Shown: positions 11,001 through 21,769, counted from the first letter of the stretch. The stretch: DNA of 64,000 nt from an uncultured Planctomycetota bacterium (GCA_963845755.1 CAWJTV010000049.1:88741-152740), one strand, 5' to 3'. The notes: generated by a model not told the origin, from the sequence alone. Translations and numbers: made by a program.

Positions 11001-11782
11001 GGTGGGACCTCGCGCCAAGGAGCTCTTCGACGATGCCCGGGAGCTGCTCGGCCGGATCGTCGCCGGGAAGCGGCTGACCGCGAACGCGGTCTATGGGTTC
11101 TTCCCGGCCAATAGCGACGGGGATGACATCATCGTCTACGAAGACGAGTCCCGGCAGGCCGAGCGGATGCGGCTCCCGACGTTGCGGCAGCAGTGGGAAC
11201 GCGACGGCCAGACCTCGTTCCGCTCGCTGGCCGACTACATCGCGCCGCGCGATTCGGGAGTCGCCGATTATCTGGGTGCCTTCGCGGTAACGACCGGGAT
11301 CGGCGTGGAATCGCTGGTCGAGCAGTACGAGCGGGACCACGATGACTACAACGCCATCATGGCCAAGGCTCTGGCCGACCGCCTGGCCGAGGCTCTCGCG
11401 GAAATGCTCCACAAGCGCGTCCGTGAAGAGTGGGGGTACGGCCGCGCCGAAGGCTTCAGCTATGACGAACTGATCGAAGAGAAGTACCGAGGCATCCGGC
11501 CGGCATCCGGATACCCGACCTCGCCCGATCACACCGAGAAGCGCGCCTTGTGGCAGCTCCTGAACGCCGAGGAGGCCGCGGGGATCGTGCTCACGGAGTC
11601 CTTCGCCATGTATCCGGGCAGCGTCGGTCAGCGGGCTCTATTTCGCCCATCCCCAGGCCCGTTATTTCGCGGTCGACTTCCTCACTCGAGACCAGGTTGA
11701 AGCCTACGCGGCCCGCAAGGGCCTGCCCATCGCCGACGTCGAGCGATGGCTAGCTCCGAACCTGGCGTACGATCCCGAGTGA
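8039..11782 (+). CDS. metH: Cobalamin-dependent methionine synthase (about 5 frameshifts, probably sequence errors)
   Basis: [82 protein letters not shown], ending [11 protein letters not shown]. Frame changes near 8390, 8505, 8790, 10570 and 11620. Confidence 0.96.
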
Positions 11783-11880
11783 CGTGAATCGAGGTCGCGG
11801 AGTTCCCCCCGGCTTGGGCGCTGGTAGAATAGAGACGTACACGCCGTTTGTCCTCGGTCCTCATGCGAAGGGTTCTCTCC

Positions 11881-12679
11881 ATGAGCCACTTGACCCTACA
11901 TTCCCCGAAACCCAAGATCGTTTACCCCGACAGCGATGGGCAGCCGATGGCCGAGAATCCGCTCCAGTTCCAGTGGATCGTGACGACCAAGGAGGGTCTG
12001 GACCGCGTCTTTCGCGACGATCCGCAGGTCTACGTCGCGGGCGATATGTTCTGGTACCCGGTCGAGGGGCACCCCGAGATCTGCCAGGCACCCGACACGC
12101 TGGTCGCATTCGGCCGCCCGAAGGGCTATCGTGGCTCGTACATGCAGTGGGTCGAGGGTGGGATCGCGCCTCAGGTCGTCTTCGAGATCCTTTCGCCGAG
12201 CAACCGGCCGGGGCCAATGATCGAGAAGTTCAAGTTTTACGAGAAATACGGGGTCGAGGAATACTACGTCTACGACCCCTACGAGGTGATCCTGACCGGC
12301 TACCTGCGGACTGAAGGTGAGTTGCGGAAGATAGCGGAAACGAATGGCTGGACCAGCCGCAAACTCGGCATCCGGTTCGACCTCTCAGGGAGCGAGATGG
12401 TCATCTACGGACCCGATGGCCAGCGATTCCTGACCTACCAGGAGATCGCGGACGAGCGGGATCGATTCGCTCGCGATCGCGACCAGATCGCCCAGGACCG
12501 CGACCAGATCGCCCAGGACCGCGACCAGATCGCCCAGGACCGCGACCAGGCTCGTCCAGGAGCGCGATCAGCTCGCCCAGAACCAGGAACGACTTACCCA
12601 GGAACTCCAGGCCGAGCGCCAACGGAACGAGCGAATGGCGGCCCAGTTGCGCGCGATGGGCCTGGAGCCGCCGCCGTGA
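11881..12679 (+). CDS. Uma2 (DUF820) family putative endonuclease with coiled-coil tail (frameshift near 12550)
   Basis: YPDSDGQPMAEN, APDTLVAFGRPKGYRGSY, PQVVFEILSPSN, YGVEEYYVYDP; tail ERMAAQLRAMGLEP in a shifted frame. Confidence 0.9.
12478..12549 (+). repeat. 21-bp tandem repeat, 3 perfect units plus a partial unit
   Basis: (cgcgaccagatcgcccaggac)x3 followed by cgcgaccag, encoding heptads RDQIAQD. Confidence 0.95.
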
Positions 12680-12807
12680 TCCGAATCGAGCCGGTGCCCG
12701 ACGAGCTCGTCGAATAATCCCGACGCGGCGGCGAATGACAATCGTCATACCTCGCGCCCATCTGGCGGGAGGGCTCGATCAGATCGGACGCTAGCCGGGA
12801 GTGAGCC

Positions 12808-15585
12808 ATGCGCCTTGGCGTGGGACCGGTCTTCATCTACGAGTGCCTGGCGAACTCGCGGCGCTGGCAGAGCTACGCGATCCGGTCGTGTGGGGTGGCG
12901 GCGCTGCTGCTCGCCATGAGCACGATCGCCTGGTCGAATTCGACCCCCGTGGAACCGAACGCATGGCGGGAGTACGCGCGGCTTGGTACGTACTACTTCT
13001 ACGCGATGATCGGCGTGGAGCTGGCCCTGGTGATGCTCGCGGCGCCGGCGGCGACCGCGGGGGCGATCTGCATGGACCGTTCCCGAGGGACGCTGGCGCA
13101 CATGCTCGCCACCGACCTCTCGGATCCGGAGATCGTCCTGGGCAAGCTGGCCGCGCGGCTCTTGCCGGTGCTAGGACTGGTCGCATGTTCCTGGCCAGTC
13201 CTGGCGATCAGCTCGCTCCTGGGTGGGATCGATCCGACCGCGTTGACGATGGCTTTCGCTGTCGTCCTGGCCGTGGCCCTCCTCGGCTGCACGATGGCCC
13301 TGGCGCTGTCGGTGTGGGCCCGGAAGCCGCACGAGGTCGTGCTGGTGACGTACACCTTCTGGATGCTCGTCCTGCTCCTCTGGCCGATCTGGTTCGGCCT
13401 GTCGAGAGGCGGGCTGATCAACGCCCCACCGTTGTGGACGCTCGTGGCCAATCCGTTCTACCTGGCGTTCGCGCCGTACTCGGATCCGGGCAAGCTGGGG
13501 TTCGCAGACTACCTGGGCTTCTTCGTGGCGACGCTCGGGGCTTCCTGCCTCCTGACCGCACTGGCTGTCTGGCGGATGCGGCCGGTCGCCGCGCGCGGGA
13601 CTGGCGACCATCGCAAGGAACCGGGACTCGGCCGCCTGGGCCGGCTCGTGCGGTGGCTCCCCGGCCCTCGGCTCGACGGCAACCCGGTGCTCTGGCGCGA
13701 ATGGCATCGCTCGCGGCCTTCCCCCTGGATGATGGGCCTCCTGCTGCTGGTGGGCGGGTCAACGACTATCGCTTGCGTCATCGGGGCAGTGACCTTCTGG
13801 GCCGAGGGAGTGGACCCCGGCAGCATGAATCCCGGGGCATCCGCCGGGGTCTTCGGATACATCCTCCAGTTGCTCTTCGGCCTCCTGATGCTCTCGGTCG
13901 TGGCGCCGACGGCGATGTCGGAGGAACGCCAGCGGGGCAGCCTCGATCTGCTGGCAACGACCACGCTTCCGACCCGGACGATCGTACTCGGCAAATGGCT
14001 GGGGACGTTCCGGCTGGCCGCGCTCCTGGTTATGGGGCCGGGGCTGGTGGGGTTGGCGATGGCCACGGCGTCCAAGGACTCGTGGAAAGCCGCCGCGACG
14101 GCGCGGGGATTCTACCAGGAGACCTCCCTCTCCAGCGGCGAAGTCTACTTTGGTGCCGCGCTCCTGGTCGCGACGATCCTGGTGCATGGCGCGCTCCTGA
14201 CGAGCCTCGGCCTGGCGCTGGCCACCTGGATCCGACGGCAGAGCCGGGCCATCGCCATCAGCGTGTGCTTCTTCGTGGCCGTGGCCGTCGCATGGCCGAT
14301 CCTGGTCGCGGTCATCCGGTCCCGGAGTGATAACCAGGGCATCATGGAGTTGAGTCCCATCTTCCTGGCGGGGAGTTGCTCCGACCTGCTGACGTTCCGT
14401 GGGCCCCGGTTTCGGAGTCTGCTCTGGTGGGGCACGTTCTGGGATGTGGAGGTGGGCGCCCTCGCCATGGGGTTGCTCTGGCTGGCCGTCCGGACGTTCG
14501 ACCGCTGCTTCGGACGCATCGCAGAACAACCACGGCGGACGCCATTGCTGTCGGACTTCGTCGTCGTCCTGGCGGGGTTACTGAATGCGGGGAGCCTCTT
14601 CGGCGCGATCGCGATGGGATTCCTGGGAATCCTGCCGGCGACTTCCACCTTCCCGATGACCGCCGGGGCCTGGTGCTCCACGCTCCTGGTGGTCGCGGGC
14701 CTTCTCCTGCTGTACCCACTCGGGACGATGTCAACCACCGGGCGATGGGCGCCGCGCGCCCTCCAGGAAGAGTCCGCCTCGATACCCTCCGCACGAAGGA
14801 TCGTCGCGCGGAAATGGTGGGAGGGCTTCCGCCTGGCCTTGCTGCTGGCGATCGGCCCCGGACTGATCGCCCTGGCCCTGGCCGCGGCGCCCCGGATCGA
14901 GCTGCCACGTCCGAGGATTGTGATCCAGCCTAATGGCGTGAAGGTCGTGGTCACCACCCAACCGTGGGACGGGCAAGAGGTGCATCGACCGCTGCCCCCC
15001 GAGCCGCCGAAGCCGCCCGGGCCAGCGGCCTCGGGCACCCAGCCGGCGGCGCCGGATCCGGCCGAAGCGTTCGTGGAGCGGCTCGCGATGGAACAGGTGC
15101 AGTCTCATTGGGAGCCGGCCCTGAGCGAGCGGATCGCGATCACGGCGCTCGTAATCCTCACGATCCTGGCCCACGGCGCGGCGATGACCGGCCTCGGCGT
15201 GTATCTGGGTGTCGGGCTCCGCCAGCGGAAACTCGTCATCGCAGGCGGCCTGTGCGCCTTGCTCGTGGCCGCCGTCGTCTGGCCCATCGTCGGCTTCCTC
15301 GTCTCCGATCCGGCTCACGCGAGGGGCCTGGCCTTGCTGAGCCCCATCTACGCCATGTCCTTCCTCCTGGACCATCACGACCTGCGCCCGGACGAGCTGG
15401 AGACGATGCTGATGTGGGGCAGGATCTGGATCATCGCGTTGATTCTCGCGACCATCGGATTGTTGTGGCTGACCATCCGGAGAGTCGAGCTCGGCTTCCG
15501 GCGGGCGCACCGGAACGACGATGACACCCTGTCGGATTTCGTGCCGGAGCCGCCCGCCCGAGATGCGGTGCTGGTAGGCGATTGA
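12808..15585 (+). CDS. Large multi-module ABC-2-type permease-like membrane protein (solo paralog of the 38-64 kb array)
   Basis: Intact 925 aa; PAATAGAICMDRSRGTLAHMLATDLS..EIVLGKL and SEERQRGSLDLLATT..IVLGKW match the ABC-2 pattern (ERxxGTLxxLLxTP...IxxGK); many hydrophobic segments. Confidence 0.85.
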   Translation: MRLGVGPVFIYECLANSRRWQSYAIRSCGVAALLLAMSTIAWSNSTPVEPNAWREYARLGTYYFYAMIGVELALVMLAAPAATAGAICMDRSRGTLAHMLATDLSDPEIVLGKLAARLLPVLGLVACSWPVLAISSLLGGIDPTALTMAFAVVLAVALLGCTMALALSVWARKPHEVVLVTYTFWMLVLLLWPIWFGLSRGGLINAPPLWTLVANPFYLAFAPYSDPGKLGFADYLGFFVATLGASCLLTALAVWRMRPVAARGTGDHRKEPGLGRLGRLVRWLPGPRLDGNPVLWREWHRSRPSPWMMGLLLLVGGSTTIACVIGAVTFWAEGVDPGSMNPGASAGVFGYILQLLFGLLMLSVVAPTAMSEERQRGSLDLLATTTLPTRTIVLGKWLGTFRLAALLVMGPGLVGLAMATASKDSWKAAATARGFYQETSLSSGEVYFGAALLVATILVHGALLTSLGLALATWIRRQSRAIAISVCFFVAVAVAWPILVAVIRSRSDNQGIMELSPIFLAGSCSDLLTFRGPRFRSLLWWGTFWDVEVGALAMGLLWLAVRTFDRCFGRIAEQPRRTPLLSDFVVVLAGLLNAGSLFGAIAMGFLGILPATSTFPMTAGAWCSTLLVVAGLLLLYPLGTMSTTGRWAPRALQEESASIPSARRIVARKWWEGFRLALLLAIGPGLIALALAAAPRIELPRPRIVIQPNGVKVVVTTQPWDGQEVHRPLPPEPPKPPGPAASGTQPAAPDPAEAFVERLAMEQVQSHWEPALSERIAITALVILTILAHGAAMTGLGVYLGVGLRQRKLVIAGGLCALLVAAVVWPIVGFLVSDPAHARGLALLSPIYAMSFLLDHHDLRPDELETMLMWGRIWIIALILATIGLLWLTIRRVELGFRRAHRNDDDTLSDFVPEPPARDAVLVGD

Positions 15586-15595
15586 GGGGTGTCAC

Positions 15596-16342
15596 ATGAA
15601 GATGGTCTCGTACGTGTTCCGGGCTTGTGGCTCGATCCCAGGGGCTCTGATCTGGCATACTGGAGAGGTGGTTGGCCAGTTTGAACAGGTCGCGGTCCGG
15701 AGCCTGCCGATTGTACTGGGCGCCGGGTTGAGCGTGGGATTGGTCGCATGGCTCCAGACGCATCGCCTGCTGGTCGAGCATGGGGCGGAATCGACCCTGC
15801 CGAGCTTCCTGGCGGTGGCCGTGCTGGTCGAGATCGGCCCGGTCCTTGCAGGGCCTGTTGGTCGCCAGCCGGATGGGAGCCGGCCTGGCCGCCGAGCTGG
15901 GCTCGATGCTCTTCCACGAAGAGATCGACGCCCGACTCGCACTGGGTGTCGATCCCATTCCGAGCCTGGTCGCGCCGCGAGCGATCGCGTGCGCGCTGGC
16001 CGTCCCGTTATTAACGGTGATTCTCGACGCCTCGGCGCTATTGGGGGACTGGGCGCCGAGCTGGCCGCCGGCAAGCTGACGGCGGCACTGTTCTGGAGCA
16101 AGTCGCTGGTGTTCCTCCGGCTCTGCGACATCATCCCGGCGACGCTCAAGACGGGCATCTTTGGGCTGCTGGTGGGCCTGGTCGCCTGCTGGACCGGCTT
16201 GAATTCCGGCCGATCGGCCGAGGCCGTTGGCCGGGCGGCGATCCGCGGCGTGGTCCGGAGCATCCTGGCCGTGTTCGCCGCCAACGTGGTGATGGTCCCC
16301 CTGATCCAGGCAGGAAACCGGATGATGGGATGGGACGGCTGA
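15596..16342 (+). CDS. MlaE-family ABC permease (two compensating frameshifts near 15850 and 16050)
   Basis: EIGPVL, then GLLVASRMGAGLAAELGSM..EEIDARLALGVDPIPSLVAPR in an alternate frame, and SAEAVGRA at the end. Confidence 0.85.
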   Translation: MKMVSYVFRACGSIPGALIWHTGEVVGQFEQVAVRSLPIVLGAGLSVGLVAWLQTHRLLVEHGAESTLPSFLAVAVLVEIGPVLAGPVGRQPDGSRPGRRAGLDALPRRDRRPTRTGCRSHSEPGRAASDRVRAGRPVINGDSRRLGAIGGLGAELAAGKLTAALFWSKSLVFLRLCDIIPATLKTGIFGLLVGLVACWTGLNSGRSAEAVGRAAIRGVVRSILAVFAANVVMVPLIQAGNRMMGWDG

Positions 16343-16425
16343 CGATGAATGAATGGTGAAAGGAAGCCGCGTTCAGAGTCCCAGGAAAGGAGGCCGGGAA
16401 ACCACGAACCGAAAGGTGACCGACG

Positions 16426-17544
16426 ATGAGGCGCGAGATCGGGCGGTGGCGGCTGGCGGCCAACGCGGGATTCGTCCTGGCGGTCCTGGCCGTCGCGGGA
16501 TTCGGGTTGTATCAGGTCGCCGGTCGGCACTGGAAGGTTCAGCCGACGTTCCAGGTTCGGGCGGAATTCACCACGATTGCCGGAGTCGAGGCCGGCCATC
16601 GGGTCCGGCTCCAGGGGATTGACGCCGGAGTCGTCGATCGGGTGGTCCCGCCGCGCGAGCCGGGCGCCCCGGTCGAGCTGGTCCTGCGGATCGACGAACG
16701 GCTGCATTCGCTGGTCCGCTCCGACACGGTGGCCCGGATCGTCTCCGAGGGCCTGGTCGGCGCCAAGCTTGTGGAGCTGACCCCCGGTCGTCCCGATACA
16801 CCCGTCGTCGCCAACCTGGCCCGGATCGCCTCCGAACGCCCCATCGAGGTCGCCGACCTGCTGAAGAAGGCCGCCGGCTCGCTGGCGCGGCTCGATACGC
16901 TCGCCCAATCCGCCGAAAAGGGCCTCGGTGAGGTCAACGCCATCGCCGGATCGATCCGTCGGGGAGAGGGCAGCCTGGGCAAGTTCGTCCGGGATGACAC
17001 GGTCTATCGCGACCTGGTCGCGCTGTCACGGCGGGGCGAGCGCACCCTCACGGCCCTGGAGGAGAACCTCGATGCCCTCAAGCAGACCTGGCCGTTGTCG
17101 CGGTATTTCGATCGCCGCGCCTACCTCGACCGGGAGCGCGTGCTGTTCCAGCCAGGGGCCACTCGGAATAGCCGGGCCTTCCGAGCCGAAGATCTCTTCG
17201 AGCCCGGACGCTCGGTCCTGACCCCTTTCGGTCGTGCCCGGCTCGACGAGGTCGCCCGATGGTGCAAGCAGGCCAGCCGGCCCAGGTCGGAAGTCGTGAT
17301 CGCCGCGTTTACCGACGACGCCCGCGACGAGGATCTCGCCGAGATCCTCACCCAGGAGCAGGCCGACGCCGTCCGCAACTACCTCGTCGAGAAGCACTCA
17401 ATCCAGTCCGCCGGCTGGTTCAAGCATCGCAAGGTCGCCTCGGTCGGCTTCGGTACCCATACACCCAGGACCCTCGACGCCGATCCCGTCGGACAACACC
17501 CGTCGCGCCGCGTCGAGATCATCCTGTTTACACCCCAGACCTGA
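16426..17544 (+). CDS. MlaD/MCE-domain protein with a C-terminal OmpA-like domain
   Basis: N-terminal TM helix; F...AGVEAGHRVRLQGIDAGVV and ARIVSEGLVGAKLVELTPG (MCE); C-terminal LFEPGRSVL...AFTDD...QADAVRNYL...GFG...RRVEI (OmpA-like). Confidence 0.85.
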   Translation: MRREIGRWRLAANAGFVLAVLAVAGFGLYQVAGRHWKVQPTFQVRAEFTTIAGVEAGHRVRLQGIDAGVVDRVVPPREPGAPVELVLRIDERLHSLVRSDTVARIVSEGLVGAKLVELTPGRPDTPVVANLARIASERPIEVADLLKKAAGSLARLDTLAQSAEKGLGEVNAIAGSIRRGEGSLGKFVRDDTVYRDLVALSRRGERTLTALEENLDALKQTWPLSRYFDRRAYLDRERVLFQPGATRNSRAFRAEDLFEPGRSVLTPFGRARLDEVARWCKQASRPRSEVVIAAFTDDARDEDLAEILTQEQADAVRNYLVEKHSIQSAGWFKHRKVASVGFGTHTPRTLDADPVGQHPSRRVEIILFTPQT

Positions 17545-17647
17545 GTGGAGAGTCGTCACCTCACCGGGCCGGCGTCGCGTCGCCGGCATGCCGCAATGAA
17601 GCGAATGCAGGACGTCAACGTGCCTGGAGGGTCCGGATGCAACCCGA

Positions 17648-18019
17648 CTATCCCTTCCCCTTCTTCAGTCGGACTCGTTCTCGGTTCTCTTTCACGCGGG
17701 CCCTTACGATCTTGCTGATCAAGGCGTAGGGAATCGGTTTATCGAGCGGAAACCTCAAGTTGCCCTTCTCTCCCGCGTAGATTGTTATCTCCTTCATGAG
17801 CTTCGCGTCTCCTCTCACCGGAGGATAGAAACCGATGTGATTCTTGAAGGCCGCGAAGTGAACCAGGTTGCCGTGGAGGGTGAAAGTCGGAATCCGATAG
17901 CTGATCTTCTCCTCAGCCTCCGGTGCGGCCTCGTTAACCGTCCCCCTGATTCTTTGGAGGATTTCCTGTATCTCGGGCGAGAACGCTGCGATGTACTCGT
18001 CAATAGTCTTGGCCGCCAT
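17648..18019 (-). CDS. DUF1801 / YdhG-like small protein
   Basis: TIDEYIAAF...APEAEEKISYRIPTF...FAAFKNHIGFYP...KGNLRFPLDKPIPYALI. Confidence 0.88.
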   Translation of the reverse strand: MAAKTIDEYIAAFSPEIQEILQRIRGTVNEAAPEAEEKISYRIPTFTLHGNLVHFAAFKNHIGFYPPVRGDAKLMKEITIYAGEKGNLRFPLDKPIPYALISKIVRARVKENRERVRLKKGKG

Positions 18020-18170
18020 GTGGTGAGCCCTCACACTGCAACGAGGATCTCTACGGATAATCCAGACGAAACCCGACCGGAAAAGCCGCCTGCGGTTGGC
18101 TGACGGACCGATCGCCCACCAAAGTTGCTCGGCCGGGTCCGATCCGCGAGAGGGAGATAGCCGGCCTGGT

Positions 18171-19230
18171 TCAGCTTGATCGATACTGATCGCGCCGCGA
18201 CCGTTCGAGCGGTCGTCGCAGGTGATTGCGAACCTCCTCGACGGAACCCGCGCTGAGGGCGAAATGCGGCGGTCGGATGGCCGTTTGCGCGATTACGGCG
18301 TGTCTGCGCCGGCGTTCGCGGATGTGCGACCAGGCCCGCAGGGCGTCGAGCTTACCCGAGCCGAACGCGAGCAAACGCCCGCGTGCCAACCTCCAGGCCG
18401 CTTGAACGGCGATGAAGGCGAGGTGGGGGACGATCGCCACGGCCAGCTTTCGGGCGGGCAGGTTCGACCAGAAGACCAGCTCGGCGTTCCGAGCCATCCG
18501 GCGCTGGAGCGAAGGACTTCCATGGTCGTAGGTTGCCGAAACCTCGTGGAGGATTCGGCAACTCGGCGCGAAGAGGCAGCGATAGCCGGCCCATCTCAGC
18601 CGGAAAGCCAGATCGATGTCTTCATAATAAGAGCCGAAGAGGGGATCGAATCCCCCGGCGCGGCGGAGCGCCTCGGCGCGATAGAACGCGCTGCTACCGC
18701 TGGCCCCGAAAACCTCCTCGATCGACTGTTCTCCCCATCGCGACGCGGGTTGCCCGTGGCCGCGCTTGGACGGCCAGCCCATCCAGGCGTAGGAATCGCC
18801 GGCCGAGTTGAACCCGCTCCGGATCCGATCGGACGAGCACCAGCGGCGCCACCGACCCGACCGTCTCGTCGGCGAATGGGGCCAGGCCCGCCTCGACCCA
18901 ACCTCGGGTCACTTCCGTATCGTTGTTGAGGAGCTGGATGTACGGCCCCCGGGCCGCCGCGATCCCCGCATTCGCCGCGGCGCAGAAGCCGCCGTTACGC
19001 GTCAGCTTCACCAACCGGACACTGGGATGAGCGTCAGCCAGCCATTCCGCCGTGCCGTCGGTGGATCCATCGTCGGCGACCACCACCTCGATGCGACAGT
19101 CCCGATCGGCCGGCCGGTGCCGCTCGACACTGGCGAGGCAAACTCGCAACAACTCGCGGCCGTTGTAGGTCGGGATCACGATCGAGCAGACCGGCGCCGG
19201 AGCATCGGGACCACCGGGCCGCCGGCTCAA
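18171..19230 (-). CDS. Family 2 glycosyltransferase (frameshift near 18810)
   Basis: SIVIPTYNG, VVVADDGSTDGT, NGGFCAAANAG, LLNND, then FDPLFGSYYEDIDLAFR in the second frame; TTG start overlaps the upstream stop. Confidence 0.87.
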
Positions 19231-20446
19231 CTCTCGGTGGGACCCACTCGCTTCGATTCGTTCCACGACGTCTTTCCCCAGAACACATGCTGGATGGTCA
19301 TCAAGAGGATGCGGAGATCCAACCCGATCGACCAGCGCCCGATATAGTCCAGGTCGTACTGGATTCGCTTGCGTAGCGAAGTCCGCCCGCGCCATCCATG
19401 GACTTGCGCCCAGCCTGTCATTCCGCCGGGAACCGCGTGCCGCAAGTCGTAATCCGGAATCGACTGGCGAAACTCCTCGACGAAGACCGGACGTTCCGGC
19501 CGGGGCCCCACCAGGCTCATCTCGCCGCGTAAGACGTTGAACAACTGCGGCAGCTCGTCCACGTTGGTATGCCGGAGCATGTCTCCGATCCGCGTGCACC
19601 GGGTGTCGTGGTCCGAGGCCCAGATGGGGCCGGTCTCGCGCTCGGCGTCGCAGCGCATGCTGCGGAACTTGATGATCGAGAACAGGCGCCCCCCTTGTCC
19701 GACGCGTTGCTGTTTGTAGAAGATCGGTCGGCCTGTGCTGATCAGGATCGCCAGGGCGACGATGGCGAACAGGGGAGCGAGCAGGAGGAGCAACATCGCG
19801 GCCACCGAGACATCCACGAGCCGTTTGCCGATCCGACCCCACGAGAGTGGTCTCCGGGCCGACGGGCGAAATCGGGTGCTGGGACGTGCGGTTTCGTCGT
19901 GCGACCATGGTGGCGCAGTCGCACGGCTCCCCAGGGAATCCAGGTCCAGAGGTCCGGAATCAACCGAGACCCACTGCACGGGGACATCCGTGTGGGTCAG
20001 CGGGCTCATCCGCGATGGGAGGCTGGCTTCGCCCTCGCCCGAGACCGCCACCATGAGATGAGTGGCGCGGCGCGATCCACGAATTCGTCCAGCCGATCGA
20101 CCGGGCCGAGGATAGGGACGGGATCGGTCTCGGGATGGAGGGCCAGATGACGGCTCCGCGGTCGCAGGCTCGAGGACCGCGAATGTCCCGAGTTGACGAA
20201 ACCGACGATTGGCAGGCCGCCCCAGGGCCGCTTGCCCAGCCGCCGGAGCAATCGCCGAGCGTCGCGACGAGCGCCGACCAGGAGAACGCGCCTCGGGGAA
20301 CTTTCCCGATCCGCGTGAGTCCCGAGGTGTCCAGCGATATCCAGTGCGTCGTCCATGATATCGTCACCCATCCTGGGTCTCGGGCTCCGGGTCTGCGTCA
20401 CCCCCCGGGGCCGTTCCGGGTTCGACCTTGACGTTCCGTTCGTCAT
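19227..20446 (-). CDS. Polyprenyl-phosphate sugar phosphotransferase (WcaJ-like; frameshift near 20060)
   Basis: KRLVDV, KFRSM, DELPQLFNVLRGEMSLVGPRPERP, GMTGWAQVHG, DLDYI; upstream RRVLLVGA...PILGPVDRL domain. Start uncertain. Confidence 0.85.
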
Positions 20447-20581
20447 ATCGTACGTCCGCGTCGGGACGACCCCGTTTCGGCTTTCGCTCAAGCCCTACGA
20501 TCGACCGAACCGACGTTGAATTTGAGTTATTCCGAAGACACCACGGATTTGTGTTCTCCCGTTTGTGGGGAGGGTGATCGA

Positions 20582-21631
20582 GTGAACCCGTCGCAGGCTC
20601 GCCAGACCGAGGAGTCCCACGGCCCGGAGCCCCGGCTGACGGTGATCGTCGTCAACTACGAGAGCTGGCCGGACGTGGTCCGCCTGGTTGAATCCGTGAC
20701 AACCGAGGCGGAATGGCGTTCCGGCCATTGCCAGGTTGTGGTCGTGGACAATGCGTCTCGCGGCCCGATACCCGAGGCGATCTCGGTCCCGCCGCCCGGC
20801 CTGCGTCTGATCGCCCGCCCCGTCAATGGAGGCTTCGCTGCGGGCGTCAACACCGGCTGGCATGCCGCCAGAAGCCGCTGGCTGTTGGTGCTCAATCCCG
20901 ATGTGGAAGTACCAGGCGGGTTCCTGGGCAAGATCTTCGCACGTCTCGACCACTACGAGTCCGACCCCAGCGGGCCGCCGGGGATCGTCGGGTTCGGATT
21001 GCGGAACCCCGACGGATCACCTCAAGGCTCGGTGGGTGCCTTTCCCACCCTGGCCCGCTCGATCTGGGAGCAGTTCTTACCGCGCTCGCGCCGGAAATAC
21101 CAGCCCGGTTGGCGAATCCGCCCGGGACCCGTTGATTGGGTCACGGGCGCGTGCATGCTTGTTTTCAGCCCCATGATCGCCGCGCTCGGAGGAATGGACG
21201 AGGATTTCTTCCTCTACCACGAGGAGGTCGCATTCAGCAGGGTCGCGCAGGACCGGGGTTGGCGGGTGGAATACGACCCCCGCGTGAGCGTGGTGCACCG
21301 ACATCCCTTGCAAAATCGGGCGATTTCGCCCAAGATGCGCGTCATTACCCGGCACAGCAAGCTGCTCTATTTCCGCAAACACTTACCGCACTGGCAGTTC
21401 TGGACATTATCCGCAATCGTCGCCGTGGAGGCGGCGATTCAAGGGCGATGGTCGGAGGTTCTTGGGCGGCGAGACGAGGCCAGGGCGTGGCAGACGATCG
21501 CCGAAGTGGCCCGCCGACTGCGTCGTGGGATTCCTCTGCGTGGCCGAGACGTGTTGGCGATAGCCGAATCGGTCGAACCGCCTTCGACGCCGGGCCTTGA
21601 GTCCTTAATTGACTGTCCGAGGACCCCGTAA
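20582..21631 (+). CDS. Family 2 glycosyltransferase
   Basis: TVIVVNY, VVVDNAS, NGGFAAGVN, LVLNPD, WVTGACM, MDEDFFLYHEE. Confidence 0.9.
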   Translation: MNPSQARQTEESHGPEPRLTVIVVNYESWPDVVRLVESVTTEAEWRSGHCQVVVVDNASRGPIPEAISVPPPGLRLIARPVNGGFAAGVNTGWHAARSRWLLVLNPDVEVPGGFLGKIFARLDHYESDPSGPPGIVGFGLRNPDGSPQGSVGAFPTLARSIWEQFLPRSRRKYQPGWRIRPGPVDWVTGACMLVFSPMIAALGGMDEDFFLYHEEVAFSRVAQDRGWRVEYDPRVSVVHRHPLQNRAISPKMRVITRHSKLLYFRKHLPHWQFWTLSAIVAVEAAIQGRWSEVLGRRDEARAWQTIAEVARRLRRGIPLRGRDVLAIAESVEPPSTPGLESLIDCPRTP

Positions 21632-21688
21632 GGTGGGTGAAACCCACCGATGAAATGGCCAGATCCAGGTGGGTTTGACCCACCCTGC
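21628..21688. repeat. GTAG-type REP doublet (inverted pair)
   Basis: gtaaggtgggtgaaacccacc ... ggtgggtttgacccaccctgc; each arm is itself palindromic. A related copy lies at 59056-59117. Confidence 0.75.
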
Positions 21689-21769
21689 AACGGCTGGATG
21701 CCGTTCTCGGAGAATTTCTTGGGCGATAAATGACCCAGGGACTCGAGGACTCTGAAAGGATGGACCCGC

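Noticed and set aside
8039..11782. metH as a pseudogene or programmed-frameshift gene
   Set aside because: All domains and motifs are intact with no premature stops, and the indels match the window-wide error pattern.
12478..12549. Tandem 21-bp repeats as a possible CRISPR array
   Set aside because: The units are contiguous with no spacers, lie in frame within a CDS, and no cas genes are present.
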